Shown: in pieces, positions 8,341 to 18,425 of the stretch | How positions within the stretch are numbered: position 1 is the first letter of the stretch | Layout of the letters: each line of letters starts with the position of its first letter | NCBI GenBank assembly: GCA_034002925.1 | Contig: JAVEZP010000005.1 | Span: 1-62,785, forward strand | Source: Patescibacteria group bacterium | GTDB taxonomy: Bacteria; Patescibacteriota; Patescibacteriia; Patescibacteriales; UBA12465 | Direction: 5' to 3' | Length of the DNA: 62,785 nucleotides | Notes under the pieces: model-generated | Told to the model about the DNA's origin: nothing | Database searches by the model: none | What the model saw: the letters and a program-made list of their open reading frames with translations, nothing else | Made by a program: the position numbers and the translations under genes

Positions 8341-10881
8341 TTAATTATTATTTAATTGCGACTTATTTATCTCTCGTAGCACCACCCCTCTACGAGCAAT
8401 ATTAGCCTCGACTATAGCACGATCCTGACCAAACTTCAAACGGCTTAAAGCGCGAATTTTCTCTGACATCGTCTCTCGAGGAACCCCTAAAAGAGGCCAA
8501 ATAGTTTTAATAGAGAAAGGTCTAGTAGAGCTGTTATCGACTAATAATTTAAGATAAGCTGTACCTTTATCAATATTAATCAAATCATATTCATTAAAAA
8601 CAGGGGAAAATTCTTTAACCAAAAATTCGGCGTCTTCAGTACCAATTTTAAAACTAATCATAGTACCGACATTACCGAACACCGCATCTTTAATTTCTGT
8701 ATTATTATTCTTACTCAACTGACCGACATACTGATGGGCAATCACTAAATTAAGAGCATATTTACGTGCCTCAGATAAAATCTGACAAATTGAAGTAGTG
8801 GTGAAATTTTGAAATTCATCGATATAAAGATAAAAATCTTTTCTCTCTTTAGCGGGCATATCTGTACGAGATAAAGCCGCCATTAAAATTTTACCCACAA
8901 TAATCATACCTAATAAATAGGCATTCATTTCTCCAACCACGCCCTTAGGTAAATCAATTAAGAGAATTTTCTGTCTATCCATTAAATCACGAAAATTGAA
9001 AGAACTTTTTTGTTGGCCAATAATCGGTCTCATCATGTCATTGGAAATAAAAGCGGTTAATTTGGAAGTAATATAAGGCACTATGTTAGCCAGGGCGGCG
9101 TCACCTCCCGCTTTTTCGGCCTCTTTATTCCAAAAATCAACCACAGTCTTATTTTGACAACGAGATAATTTTAGCTTACGAAAAGCTTCATCAGATAAAA
9201 CCTTAGGTATTTCCATTAAAGTAGAGCCACTTTCAGGATCTTCCATGATTAACAATAAAGCATTGCGCATGTATTGCTCAAACATCGGCCCACCAGTTTG
9301 TTTTAAATCATATAACTTATCAAAAATACCAATCATTTCATTAATAACAAAGCTTTTTTGCTCAGGATATCGCGGGTCATATTCTAATAAATTCAACGCT
9401 AAGGGACGTTCTGTATCAGCTGGAGAAAAGACAATCACATCCTCAGCTCTTTCTGGTGGTATACGTTGTAAAATGTCTTCAATTAAATCTCCATGAGGAT
9501 CAAGTACACAAACCCCTTCCCCATTTTGAATATCTTGAACCGCCATATTAGTTAGCAAGACGGATTTACCCACACCAGATTTACCAATAATGTAAGTATG
9601 TCGCCTTCTATCCTCTCTTTTAATCCTCACCTCTTTACTGACGCCTCGATAGATATTATTACCCAATAACAAACCTTCGCTCGGCAACTCTGAAGGAGCA
9701 GCTGCGCTTTTAGCAGTTAACCATAAAATATTAGGCGTCTCCATGTGACTTAAAGGTAAATGAAATAAACTAGTAAGCTCTTCGGTGTTCAGTAAAGAAG
9801 ATCCATCTTCTCGAAAACGACGATAAATAAAATCTTTCACTTGTCTTTCCTGTTGATTTTTTAAAGCTCGAGAAAAATGATTGCCATAACTATAATTATT
9901 ATATTCCGTAAAAGCACTAGCCAGATTTTCTAAATATGCCGCTGCTTTTTCTCGAGTGATTGCAGTAACAATAAGACGCACATTTACATCCAAACCAGCT
10001 CGTAAATTTTTTTCCTCAATACTTTTTACCGTTTCCTCCTCAACAGCTGACAATCTTTTAATGTTCTGACTTTCTCCTTGTTCTGACTTAGATGTGGTTT
10101 GAAAAATATCGCCTAAGTTGTTAATTAATTGCGTCCACGCTGAATCTTGAATGCCGCCACTAACGGAATTTTTGGTTTGAATACGACGCACAATTTTGCG
10201 CACTCGACCATGCCAAGAACCATTAGCACTTCGTACTAAATATTGAATAGCCATGCTTTCATCTTTATCTAACTTAGACATGACATTAATCATGGAATTT
10301 AATGGATCTACTTCCATTTTTTGATAAGTGCGCAAAGGTAAAGCATAGCTTTTTTTAGTTTTTAAATAGGCTGCTAGGACCTGACTTTTGGGCTGAAAAA
10401 GATTATAATCTTCAATTTCTTCAATCACTGCCTCTGGATAATGGGCATTGATTTGTTGCTCCAAATAACGAGCCATTGATCTAGGAGCGGCCGCATAAAA
10501 AGCAATTTTATTACCATGAGCGACAATTTCAAACGAAAAATGATCATTACGACCAAATAACCAAGCAAAAATTCCTTTTTGAGCCTTGAGCCCACCAATG
10601 CTAGAAAAAATAGTTTCACCTTTAGCGATTTCTTCCTTCATCTCTTGCAAAGAATCTTCATGCTTCTCGTCTTGCGGTTTCTCTTTTGGTAATTTAATTA
10701 AAAAAATTTGATGATCAAAATAATGATTATCACTCATCAACTTTCTCACAATAAATCTTAAAAAATACAGCACAGCTGTTAAAAATAGAAAGCCGAATAA
10801 TAAAATTACAACAATAAAAACAAAATAGCCAAAACTACTTTGAAAAAAAGGTACAGATTCTTGCCAAGCGCTTAAAGACAT
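8341..10881 (-). CDS. membrane-anchored HerA/VirB4/TraD-like P-loop ATPase
   Basis: DRRRHTYIIGKSGVGKS Walker A, LDPHGD, LYIDEFQNF Walker B, EARKY..AHQY; long N-terminal domain after a TM helix. Confidence 0.85.
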   Translation of the reverse strand: MSLSAWQESVPFFQSSFGYFVFIVVILLFGFLFLTAVLYFLRFIVRKLMSDNHYFDHQIFLIKLPKEKPQDEKHEDSLQEMKEEIAKGETIFSSIGGLKAQKGIFAWLFGRNDHFSFEIVAHGNKIAFYAAAPRSMARYLEQQINAHYPEAVIEEIEDYNLFQPKSQVLAAYLKTKKSYALPLRTYQKMEVDPLNSMINVMSKLDKDESMAIQYLVRSANGSWHGRVRKIVRRIQTKNSVSGGIQDSAWTQLINNLGDIFQTTSKSEQGESQNIKRLSAVEEETVKSIEEKNLRAGLDVNVRLIVTAITREKAAAYLENLASAFTEYNNYSYGNHFSRALKNQQERQVKDFIYRRFREDGSSLLNTEELTSLFHLPLSHMETPNILWLTAKSAAAPSELPSEGLLLGNNIYRGVSKEVRIKREDRRRHTYIIGKSGVGKSVLLTNMAVQDIQNGEGVCVLDPHGDLIEDILQRIPPERAEDVIVFSPADTERPLALNLLEYDPRYPEQKSFVINEMIGIFDKLYDLKQTGGPMFEQYMRNALLLIMEDPESGSTLMEIPKVLSDEAFRKLKLSRCQNKTVVDFWNKEAEKAGGDAALANIVPYITSKLTAFISNDMMRPIIGQQKSSFNFRDLMDRQKILLIDLPKGVVGEMNAYLLGMIIVGKILMAALSRTDMPAKERKDFYLYIDEFQNFTTTSICQILSEARKYALNLVIAHQYVGQLSKNNNTEIKDAVFGNVGTMISFKIGTEDAEFLVKEFSPVFNEYDLINIDKGTAYLKLLVDNSSTRPFSIKTIWPLLGVPRETMSEKIRALSRLKFGQDRAIVEANIARRGVVLREINKSQLNNN

Positions 10882-10892
10882 AAAGAAAAAAC

Positions 10893-11366
10893 TTAAAGAT
10901 TGTTTTTTATTTTAATAATTTTATCACTTTTAATTTTTGCTTCTTGTTCCAGAAAAAAACGATTAACCCCAGGAATAAGCTGCAGCCAACGACTAATTAA
11001 CTTAATAACTTTACTAGCTTCTAATTTGGCTTTTTTGAATAAAATATTAATTTTCTTAGCAGTTTTTTCCCCCTCCTCTTTAAATTTTTTCTGCTCTTTG
11101 GGACTCATCTTTAAAAAAGCCTGATCCAAACCAGCGGACATGATCTCTTCAATAGCTTGAATCCGCCTATCCTCATAAGAAACATCACTATTCGAGACAC
11201 TAGGTATAGCAACAGCTGGGTTGCTAATCTTTAGTCTTTCAGCCTGATTTGTCTTCTGCTCTAATGACTGTTTTTCTTTTTCAAAAGATTGTTCGCTAAC
11301 AGACTCTGATTTTTCTGCTTTATTTTCTAAAGTAGCTTGAATTTTTTCTAAATTAATTTCTGGCAT
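10893..11366 (-). CDS. conserved hypothetical protein (start revised to MPEINLEK)
   Basis: Upstream TTG start overlaps the ferredoxin gene; C-terminal WLQLIPGVNRFFLEQEAKIK. Confidence 0.7.
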   Translation of the reverse strand: MPEINLEKIQATLENKAEKSESVSEQSFEKEKQSLEQKTNQAERLKISNPAVAIPSVSNSDVSYEDRRIQAIEEIMSAGLDQAFLKMSPKEQKKFKEEGEKTAKKINILFKKAKLEASKVIKLISRWLQLIPGVNRFFLEQEAKIKSDKIIKIKNNL

Positions 11367-11371
11367 ATGAA

Positions 11372-11542
11372 TTAAATAGCAATAGCTTGAACGGGACAAT
11401 TATCCGCCGCCTTAGAAACACACCCATTATCTGTTTGGGCAATAACTTCCGCCTTATAATCTTCATTCATTTGAAAAGTGTCAGGACATAAACTGGCGCA
11501 CAAACCACAACCAATACATGCTTGTTGATTAACTTTTATCAT
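11372..11542 (-). CDS. ferredoxin, 56 aa (not in ORF track)
   Basis: MIKVNQQACIGCGLCASLCPDTF...NCPVQAIAI; CxxCxxC plus distal CP. Confidence 0.93.
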   Translation of the reverse strand: MIKVNQQACIGCGLCASLCPDTFQMNEDYKAEVIAQTDNGCVSKAADNCPVQAIAI

Positions 11543-11688
11543 AAAAAAATAAGAAAAATCTAGTAAACTAGCTTTCTCGCTTAATTATTTAACTATATTA
11601 ATGATTATAGCATAATTTTAAAAAAATTACAGCCTATTTTTCAGAACAAAAAGAAAAATTTTTGACCTAATCCTTCACAAAAAATCAT

Positions 11689-11717
11689 TTGACAAGGAGA
11701 AAATATTTTGTTATATT
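11689..11717 (+). promoter_or_regulatory. sigma70 promoter of rpmA
   Basis: TTGACA-17 nt-TATATT with an extended TG. Confidence 0.7.
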
Positions 11718-11801
11718 AGCTACATTGATTTATAAATCATTAATGAGAAAAGGTTAGCCGTTTTCTTTTTATTTAAAGAAAGCTAATCCTCGAACACCTG
11801 T

Positions 11802-12077
11802 ATGGCACATAAGAAAGCCGGCGGCTCAACCGCCTTAGGCCGTGATTCAGAAAGTAAGCGCTTAGGCGTTAAGCTCTCAGACGGCCAAAAAGCTAAATCT
11901 GGCAATATTATTATTCGCCAACGTGGAACCAAATACCATCCGGGCGAGAATGTACGTCGCGGTAACGACGATACTCTTTTCGCAGTGGCGGAAGGCTTGG
12001 TGAAATTCAGCACTAAAAAACTCAAAAAGTTTAACGGACAATTAAAATCCAGTAAAATTGTTAGTGTAGTAAAATAA
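11802..12077 (+). CDS. rpmA: 50S ribosomal protein L27
   Basis: [28 protein letters not shown]. Confidence 0.98.
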   Translation: MAHKKAGGSTALGRDSESKRLGVKLSDGQKAKSGNIIIRQRGTKYHPGENVRRGNDDTLFAVAEGLVKFSTKKLKKFNGQLKSSKIVSVVK

Positions 12078-12094
12078 ATTTATACTTCCCTATT

Positions 12095-12124
12095 AAAAAA
12101 CCTCGCAGAAAAGCGAGGTTTTTT
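12095..12124. terminator. bidirectional terminator between rpmA and pyrG
   Basis: AAAAAA-CCTCGC-AGAAAA-GCGAGG-TTTTTT. Confidence 0.85.
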
Positions 12125-12144
12125 GTATATAATAAAAGTTTAAA

Positions 12145-13836
12145 TTAATCTTTATACTTTAATTGTAGAGATGCTTTTACAAACTCAACAAATAAAGGAT
12201 GAGGGGCTAATGGACGAGAAATATATTCCGGATGAAACTGCACACCCACAAAGAAAGGATGATCTTTAATTTCTACTGCTTCTACAATCTGATCATCAGG
12301 AGAGGTTCCGCCAATTACTAAACCTAAATCCTCAAAGCGTTGTCTATAATCATTGTTAAATTCATAACGATGACGATGGCGCTCTGAAACAATGTTATTT
12401 TGAGAATATCGCTGATAAGCAGTGGCAATCTTGGTATTTTTCTTAAGCTGACAAGGCCACGCCCCTAAACGAATAGTGCCTCCATAGCCTTTTTCCGCAA
12501 TGAGTTTTTCTTGTCCAGGCATAATATGAATCACTGGATCTGGAGTTTTAGGATTAATTTCGGCAGAATTAGCCTCTTTTAGTCCAGCAACATTACGAGC
12601 AAATTCAATCACTGCCATTTGCATGCCATAACATAAACCAAAATATGGTAATTTATGCTTACGACAATACTCTATCGCTTTAATTTTTCCCTCAGAACCA
12701 CGGCCACCCCAACCTTGAGGAATAATAATGCCATTCATTTTGGCTAATACATTAGTTCCTTCTTTCTCTACCTCTTCTGCGCTTAACCAATGTAACTGGA
12801 CCTTAGCATGATTAGTAGCCGCTGCATGTTTTACAGCCTCAATAACAGAAATGTAAGAGTCTGACAAAGAAAAATCTCCAGTTTTAAAATATTTACCAAC
12901 AATACCAATATCAACAGTTTTTTTCTGATTCTTAGTAGCAGCTACAAACTTTTTCCAGTCTTTATTATCTAACTCTTTAAGGCGTGGCTTTAAATGTAAT
13001 TTTTCTAAAATACGACTACTTAAATTGTCTTTTTCAAAATTTAATGGAATATCATAAATTGAATCAGCGTCAGGAGCGGAAATTACATCTTCAATAGCAA
13101 TATTACAGTGTAGAGCTAATTTTTCTTTACGCACATAATCAATTGCTTGTTCACTACGAGCAATAAGAAAATCCGGTTGAATACCAGCGCCATTAAGACT
13201 TCTTACCGCGTGCTGAGTCGGTTTAGTCTTCATTTCGCCAATTTTACTAGGTAGAGGCAGATAAGAAACCATAACAAATAAAACATCTTTAGGATTATAT
13301 AATTTCATCACTCTGGCTGCCTCTAAAAATAATAAATTTTCATATTCACCTACTGTGCCACCAATCTCAATCGTCATTATTTCTGCTTGAGTTTTAGCCG
13401 CTGCCCTTTCAATGCGATCACGGATTTCCATAGGAATATGCGGCACCACTTGCACACACTTACCTTTATATTCTAAATTACGCTCGCGATTAATAACGGT
13501 CTGATAAATTCGTCCGGTGGTCATGTAGTTCTCTCGATAAATATTCTTATTCAAAAAGCGCTCATAATTACCTAAATCTTGATCAGTTTCATCACCATCA
13601 TCGGTCACAAACACCTCACCATGTTCAATAGGGTTCATGGTACCAGCATCCACATTAATATAGGGGTCTATTTTAATAGCACTAACATTGTATCCCTGAG
13701 CCTGTAAAATTTGACCGATAGAAGCTGTACTAATACCTTTCCCTACCCCAGACATAACACCGCCAACGATAAAAATATATTTGACGCTTTTTTTATTTTC
13801 TTTTTTATCAGAAAGAATATTTTTTTTCTTATCCAT
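12145..13836 (-). CDS. pyrG: CTP synthase
   Basis: GGVMSGVGKG, KIDPYINVDAGTM, GLCYGMQ, ERHRHRYE, QFHPE. Confidence 0.98.
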   Translation of the reverse strand: MDKKKNILSDKKENKKSVKYIFIVGGVMSGVGKGISTASIGQILQAQGYNVSAIKIDPYINVDAGTMNPIEHGEVFVTDDGDETDQDLGNYERFLNKNIYRENYMTTGRIYQTVINRERNLEYKGKCVQVVPHIPMEIRDRIERAAAKTQAEIMTIEIGGTVGEYENLLFLEAARVMKLYNPKDVLFVMVSYLPLPSKIGEMKTKPTQHAVRSLNGAGIQPDFLIARSEQAIDYVRKEKLALHCNIAIEDVISAPDADSIYDIPLNFEKDNLSSRILEKLHLKPRLKELDNKDWKKFVAATKNQKKTVDIGIVGKYFKTGDFSLSDSYISVIEAVKHAAATNHAKVQLHWLSAEEVEKEGTNVLAKMNGIIIPQGWGGRGSEGKIKAIEYCRKHKLPYFGLCYGMQMAVIEFARNVAGLKEANSAEINPKTPDPVIHIMPGQEKLIAEKGYGGTIRLGAWPCQLKKNTKIATAYQRYSQNNIVSERHRHRYEFNNDYRQRFEDLGLVIGGTSPDDQIVEAVEIKDHPFFVGVQFHPEYISRPLAPHPLFVEFVKASLQLKYKD

Positions 13837-13890
13837 AGAAAAATAGAAAAATACAGCTGAGATGATAAACAGCTCAATATTTAACTCTTT

Positions 13891-15129
13891 TTATTTATTG
13901 TTTAAAATTAAATCTATCGCTTTGTCTAATTGCGGATCGCGCTCCGCATTAACATCTTCCATTGTTAATTCCACTGCTACATCCGGCTCTATCCCCTTAT
14001 CGTTAATATAGTCACCGCCAGGAGTTAGCCATTGTGCTACAGTAACTTTTAAAGAAGAGCCGTTGCTCAAATCTCTTAAACCCTGAACTGAACCCTTGCC
14101 AAAAGTTTTCTCTCCTACTAGAGTGGCTTTTTTGTAATCACGTAAAGCTCCGGCCACAATTTCTGAAGCTGAAGCACTGCCACCGTTAATTAAAATAACT
14201 GTCTTAATGTTTTGCAAAGGAGCGCCACCAAGAGCAAAATATTCTTCCCGACGACCTGCGCCAAATTGCTCCACTACTACTGGGCCCTCTGGCACCCAGG
14301 CGCTAGCCACCGCTACCGCGGTATCAAGATAGCCACCCGGATTATTACGTAAGTCTAAAATAATACCTTTAGGATTATTCAATAAAGCAGTTTGTAAAGT
14401 ATCACGGAACAAACTTAAAGTATCATCATTAAAATTACTAATAGTAATTAGCAAAACATCATTATCTAAGATTTCAGATTTAACACTTTTAACAACAATC
14501 ACGCCTCGAATAATACTAATCTCTAAAGGACGATCCTCCTCATCGCGAATCACAGTTAAAATTACTTCAGAACCTTTATCTCCTCTAATTTTTTTAACAG
14601 CTTCATCCACATTCATGCCTAAAGTACTTTCACCGTCAATCGCATAAATTCTATCCCCTGCTCTTAATCCGGCCTTTTCTGCTGGCATACCCGCCAAAGG
14701 AGCAATAATGGTAATAATGTCATTACGCATACCAACTTCTGCACCAATACCTTCAAAAGTGCCAGACATATCATTGGCAAATTCACGGGTTTCTTCAGGA
14801 TCCATAAAAATAGTATAAGGATCATTAACAGATTCAGCTAAACCTTTTAAAGAGCCATAAAACATTTCCTTATCACTAATCTTATTCTTATCAACATAAT
14901 CTCGTTTTAATTGATCCCAAACTTCCCAATATAAATTAAAATCAAAACCTGGCTGCTGAGTTAAAAGTTGTGCTTCAGGCGAATAAGCTAAATAGCGCTC
15001 TAAAACACTTTTTTCACTACCTTGTTTTTGCCACCAAAAACCCATCGCAAAAGACATGATCATTAATACAAAGATCACTAAATAAAAAGGTAATTTTTTA
15101 TTATTATTCTGATTGTATGATAAATTCAT
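13891..15129 (-). CDS. ctpA: S41 C-terminal processing peptidase with PDZ domain
   Basis: FEGIGAE, DLRNNPGG, SASASEI, TFGKGSVQ. Confidence 0.9.
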   Translation of the reverse strand: MNLSYNQNNNKKLPFYLVIFVLMIMSFAMGFWWQKQGSEKSVLERYLAYSPEAQLLTQQPGFDFNLYWEVWDQLKRDYVDKNKISDKEMFYGSLKGLAESVNDPYTIFMDPEETREFANDMSGTFEGIGAEVGMRNDIITIIAPLAGMPAEKAGLRAGDRIYAIDGESTLGMNVDEAVKKIRGDKGSEVILTVIRDEEDRPLEISIIRGVIVVKSVKSEILDNDVLLITISNFNDDTLSLFRDTLQTALLNNPKGIILDLRNNPGGYLDTAVAVASAWVPEGPVVVEQFGAGRREEYFALGGAPLQNIKTVILINGGSASASEIVAGALRDYKKATLVGEKTFGKGSVQGLRDLSNGSSLKVTVAQWLTPGGDYINDKGIEPDVAVELTMEDVNAERDPQLDKAIDLILNNK

Positions 15130-15142
15130 AAAATATTAATTA

Positions 15143-15742
15143 TTAAGCTCTCAATAATTTAATGCAAGCATTTTCATCTAAAGATATAAGGCGAGAGGCT
15201 TTTTTTGTTTTTTTATTCTTCGTTTCTACTAAAACTAAAGCTGGGCGTGGTGCTGTTTGAAAAAAATCAGCTGCCTCGGCAGCGCTCAAAGGAAATTCAC
15301 CACTGCGATTAAAACTGGTAGAAACTAAAGGCGCTCCCACTGCTTTTATCATTTTACGCAAAAAAACACTTTTGGGCAAACGCACTGCTAAGTACGGACT
15401 ATTAGCATTTAAAACTGGGGGCAAAAGAGATCGATGTTTTAACAAAACAGAAGTTGGTCTTGATTCTGACCAAATTTTTTTTAACTTTTCGCTTTGTTTT
15501 GTATTTAAGTAACAATATTGACGAGCCATTCTTAAACTAGAAACAAGAATTAGTAAAGGTTTACTAAAATCGCGATCTTTCATTTGAAATACTTGTCTAA
15601 TAGAACTCTCTCTGTCCGCACGCGCAGACAGGCCATCAATAGTATCAGTTGGTAATAAAACTATTTTACCCTGCTTTAGTAATTTAACACTTTCTTGATA
15701 TAATTCTTTTTCATCGGCTGTAGAGAAATATTTTATTTTCAT
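15143..15742 (-). CDS. tsaC: L-threonylcarbamoyladenylate synthase (TsaC/Sua5 family)
   Basis: PTDTIDGL, KDR..KPL, AVRLP, STSFNRSG. Confidence 0.85.
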   Translation of the reverse strand: MKIKYFSTADEKELYQESVKLLKQGKIVLLPTDTIDGLSARADRESSIRQVFQMKDRDFSKPLLILVSSLRMARQYCYLNTKQSEKLKKIWSESRPTSVLLKHRSLLPPVLNANSPYLAVRLPKSVFLRKMIKAVGAPLVSTSFNRSGEFPLSAAEAADFFQTAPRPALVLVETKNKKTKKASRLISLDENACIKLLRA

Positions 15743-15744
15743 AC

Positions 15745-16260
15745 TTACACTAAAGACTGTAATGCCTTCAAGGCTTCTGGTAAGATAGGCATCACTAAAT
15801 TAACCATTTTCAAAAAGAAAGGCGCCACCTGTGAAGACACTAGTTTGTCTCCAAATAAAGTACCGATCCAAGCGTAGCGAGAAATTACAAATAAAATAAT
15901 ACCAATAAACAAAGAACCTTCAACGAAACCTAAGGCTGCTCCTAAAAGACGATTTAATAACTTAGTAAAAGGAATAATAGAAATGAGTTTAAAGATTTTC
16001 TCTATAATAATAAAAACAAAATCAACTGCTAAGGTGACGGCAATAAATACAATAATAAAGGATAATACTTTGCCTAAATTTTCCCTACCCGCAAACCAAG
16101 TTTCTGCCCAGGTATAAAATTGCAAATAAAAGCGACTAGCAATAAAAATCCCAAAAATTAAACCCACAATATTACCTAATAATCTAATCAAGCCTTTACT
16201 AAAACCATTCAAGGTAAAGGCGGCAACAATGATAATAAGGGCAATGTCAAAATAGGACAT
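15745..16260 (-). CDS. cvpA: CvpA family membrane protein
   Basis: MSYFDIALIII, G..KGLI, LNRLLGAALG..EG, S.VAPFF. Confidence 0.85.
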   Translation of the reverse strand: MSYFDIALIIIVAAFTLNGFSKGLIRLLGNIVGLIFGIFIASRFYLQFYTWAETWFAGRENLGKVLSFIIVFIAVTLAVDFVFIIIEKIFKLISIIPFTKLLNRLLGAALGFVEGSLFIGIILFVISRYAWIGTLFGDKLVSSQVAPFFLKMVNLVMPILPEALKALQSLV

Positions 16261-16265
16261 ATATT

Positions 16266-17720
16266 TTAATTATTTTTATGTGTTTCTAAACGAGGAAAAA
16301 GAATCTCAGATTTAATAATCTGTTTTTGAGTAAATAAATTAATAATTTTTTGCGCAGTCACTGGCAAAAAAGGTTGCAATAAAGCAGCAATTTCTAAAAT
16401 TTTAGCCGCTAAAGGTTTTAATATCAGACTAATTTCTTCTCTATTATCTAATTTCCACGGAGCCTTATTAGTTAATTCTTCATTACAAACGGCTATCTCT
16501 TGCCAAATAAATTGCAAGGCGCGATTGAACTGATATTTTTCTAAATGACTCTCTGCTTCTAAACGCTCCAAAATTTTTTTAGAATCTATTTCTAAATTAG
16601 TTTCAATTTGATTTTTTTCTAATAAATTAGAAACCCGAGCCACTAAATTACCAAGACCATTAGCTAAGTCAGCATTGTACTTAACTTTTAAACGCTCTAT
16701 AGAAAAATCACCATCTTCAAAAGGAGGAATTTCAGTTAATAAATAATAGCGCACAGCTTCTGCTCCAAACTCATCAACTAAGATAAAAGGATCAATGCTA
16801 TTACCTAAACTCTTGCTAATTTTTTGACCATCAACAGTTAAAAAACCAAACACTAAAACTTGTTTTGAGGGACTCAAACCAGCTGACATTAACATAGCTT
16901 GCCACATTGCACTTTGTTGACGTAAATTATCCTTACCACAAACTTGAATAGCTGGCCAAAAAGCATTAAATTGTTCTTCACTATTAGGCCAACCAAGAGT
17001 AGAAATATAATTAACCAAAGCATCAAACCAAACATACATTACTTGTTTGTCGTCCCCTGGAACTGCCACCCCATTCGGCATTTTTTCTCTTAAACGAGAA
17101 ATACTAAAATCTTGTAAACCAGCGGCTACAAAATTACGAATTTCATTAAAACGATGGCTCGGCACTACAAACTCTGGATTAGCTTCATAAAAATCTAAAA
17201 GCGCCTGTTGATACTTAGAAAAACGAAAAAAATAATTTTCTTCTTCAATTAATTCCAAAGGACGATTGGGATGTAGTGGACATACGCCATTTTCTAATTC
17301 GGAATCAGTTTTTTCCATTTCGCAACCCACACAATATTTAACCTTATAATTTTTTTTATAAATATCTCCTTTAGCTTCGCAAAGACGCCAAAATTCCTGG
17401 GCCGCTTTTTCGTGAGCCTCGTCGGAAGTTCTAATAAAATTAGTAAAGCTAAGATTTAGAGCTTCTTTTAAAGCATAAAAATGCTGAGCCAAGGGATCAC
17501 AATATTGACGCACAGATAAATTAGCTTTCTCAGCTTCTTGCTGTATTTTAGATCCATGTTCATCGGTTCCGGTATTAAAAACCACTTTCTTTCCTTTTAA
17601 TAATTGATAACGAGCAATCACATCCGCTTTAATAATTTCCGCCGCAAAGCCAATATGCGGCTGAGCATTAGTATAAGGCAAAGTAGTGGTGATATAAAAA
17701 TTTTCTTCTCTATTCATCAT
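16266..17720 (-). CDS. metG: methionyl-tRNA synthetase (short form)
   Basis: PHIGF HIGH-like motif, GTDEHG, YVWFDAL, KISKS. Confidence 0.96.
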   Translation of the reverse strand: MMNREENFYITTTLPYTNAQPHIGFAAEIIKADVIARYQLLKGKKVVFNTGTDEHGSKIQQEAEKANLSVRQYCDPLAQHFYALKEALNLSFTNFIRTSDEAHEKAAQEFWRLCEAKGDIYKKNYKVKYCVGCEMEKTDSELENGVCPLHPNRPLELIEEENYFFRFSKYQQALLDFYEANPEFVVPSHRFNEIRNFVAAGLQDFSISRLREKMPNGVAVPGDDKQVMYVWFDALVNYISTLGWPNSEEQFNAFWPAIQVCGKDNLRQQSAMWQAMLMSAGLSPSKQVLVFGFLTVDGQKISKSLGNSIDPFILVDEFGAEAVRYYLLTEIPPFEDGDFSIERLKVKYNADLANGLGNLVARVSNLLEKNQIETNLEIDSKKILERLEAESHLEKYQFNRALQFIWQEIAVCNEELTNKAPWKLDNREEISLILKPLAAKILEIAALLQPFLPVTAQKIINLFTQKQIIKSEILFPRLETHKNN

Positions 17721-17721
17721 A

Positions 17722-18423
17722 TTATTTAATTTTTCTTAACAATAAAACAAATTCTCCTTTTTGCATGTCGAGATCATTTTGCAATTTTTCTAACAATTCT
17801 TCCGGCTGACCATAATACACGCTTTCATGCATTTTAGTTAATTCCCGAGCAATCATTAATTCAACCTTTACATTTAAATCTTGACTCATCACAGTTAATT
17901 CTTTTAAACATTTAGCTAAACGATGCTTAGATTCATAAAAAACTACTGGATAATTACTAGCAAATATTTCTTTCATCATGCTTTGTCTACCCTTCTTGTG
18001 AGGCAAAAAACCAAAAAAAGAAAAGCGTTCGCAAGGCCAACCAGAAATAGAAACGGCACTAATTAAAGCACTAGCCCCCGGTAAAGGAACGATTGATAAC
18101 TCAGCACCATACCTCTTTAAAGCAGCTGCAATTAAAACAACTCCAGGGTCAGAAATACCAGGCGTACCAGCGTCTGACACTAAAACCAATTTCTTGCCCT
18201 CTGCTAAATAATCAAGTAGTTGCTGAATTTTAGCCGGACTAGAATGCTGATGATATGAGATGCTAGGAATTGTTAATTCATAACGATCCAACAAGCGCTT
18301 AGTAGTGCGCGTATCTTCACATAAAATATAGTCAGCTTCCTTTAAAATACGTAAAAACCTTAAAGTTACGTCTTCTAAATTACCAATAGGCGTGGCTGCC
18401 ACATAAAGAATACCTAAAGCCAT
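17722..18423 (-). CDS. rsmI: 16S rRNA C1402 2'-O-methyltransferase
   Basis: ATPIGNLED, CEDTR, SDAGTPGISDPG, RELTKMHE. Confidence 0.96.
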   Translation of the reverse strand: MALGILYVAATPIGNLEDVTLRFLRILKEADYILCEDTRTTKRLLDRYELTIPSISYHQHSSPAKIQQLLDYLAEGKKLVLVSDAGTPGISDPGVVLIAAALKRYGAELSIVPLPGASALISAVSISGWPCERFSFFGFLPHKKGRQSMMKEIFASNYPVVFYESKHRLAKCLKELTVMSQDLNVKVELMIARELTKMHESVYYGQPEELLEKLQNDLDMQKGEFVLLLRKIK

Positions 18424-18425
18424 AA

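Noticed and set aside
8341..10881. Conjugative element or ICE
   Set aside because: No relaxase, integrase or other T4SS genes; embedded in a housekeeping operon
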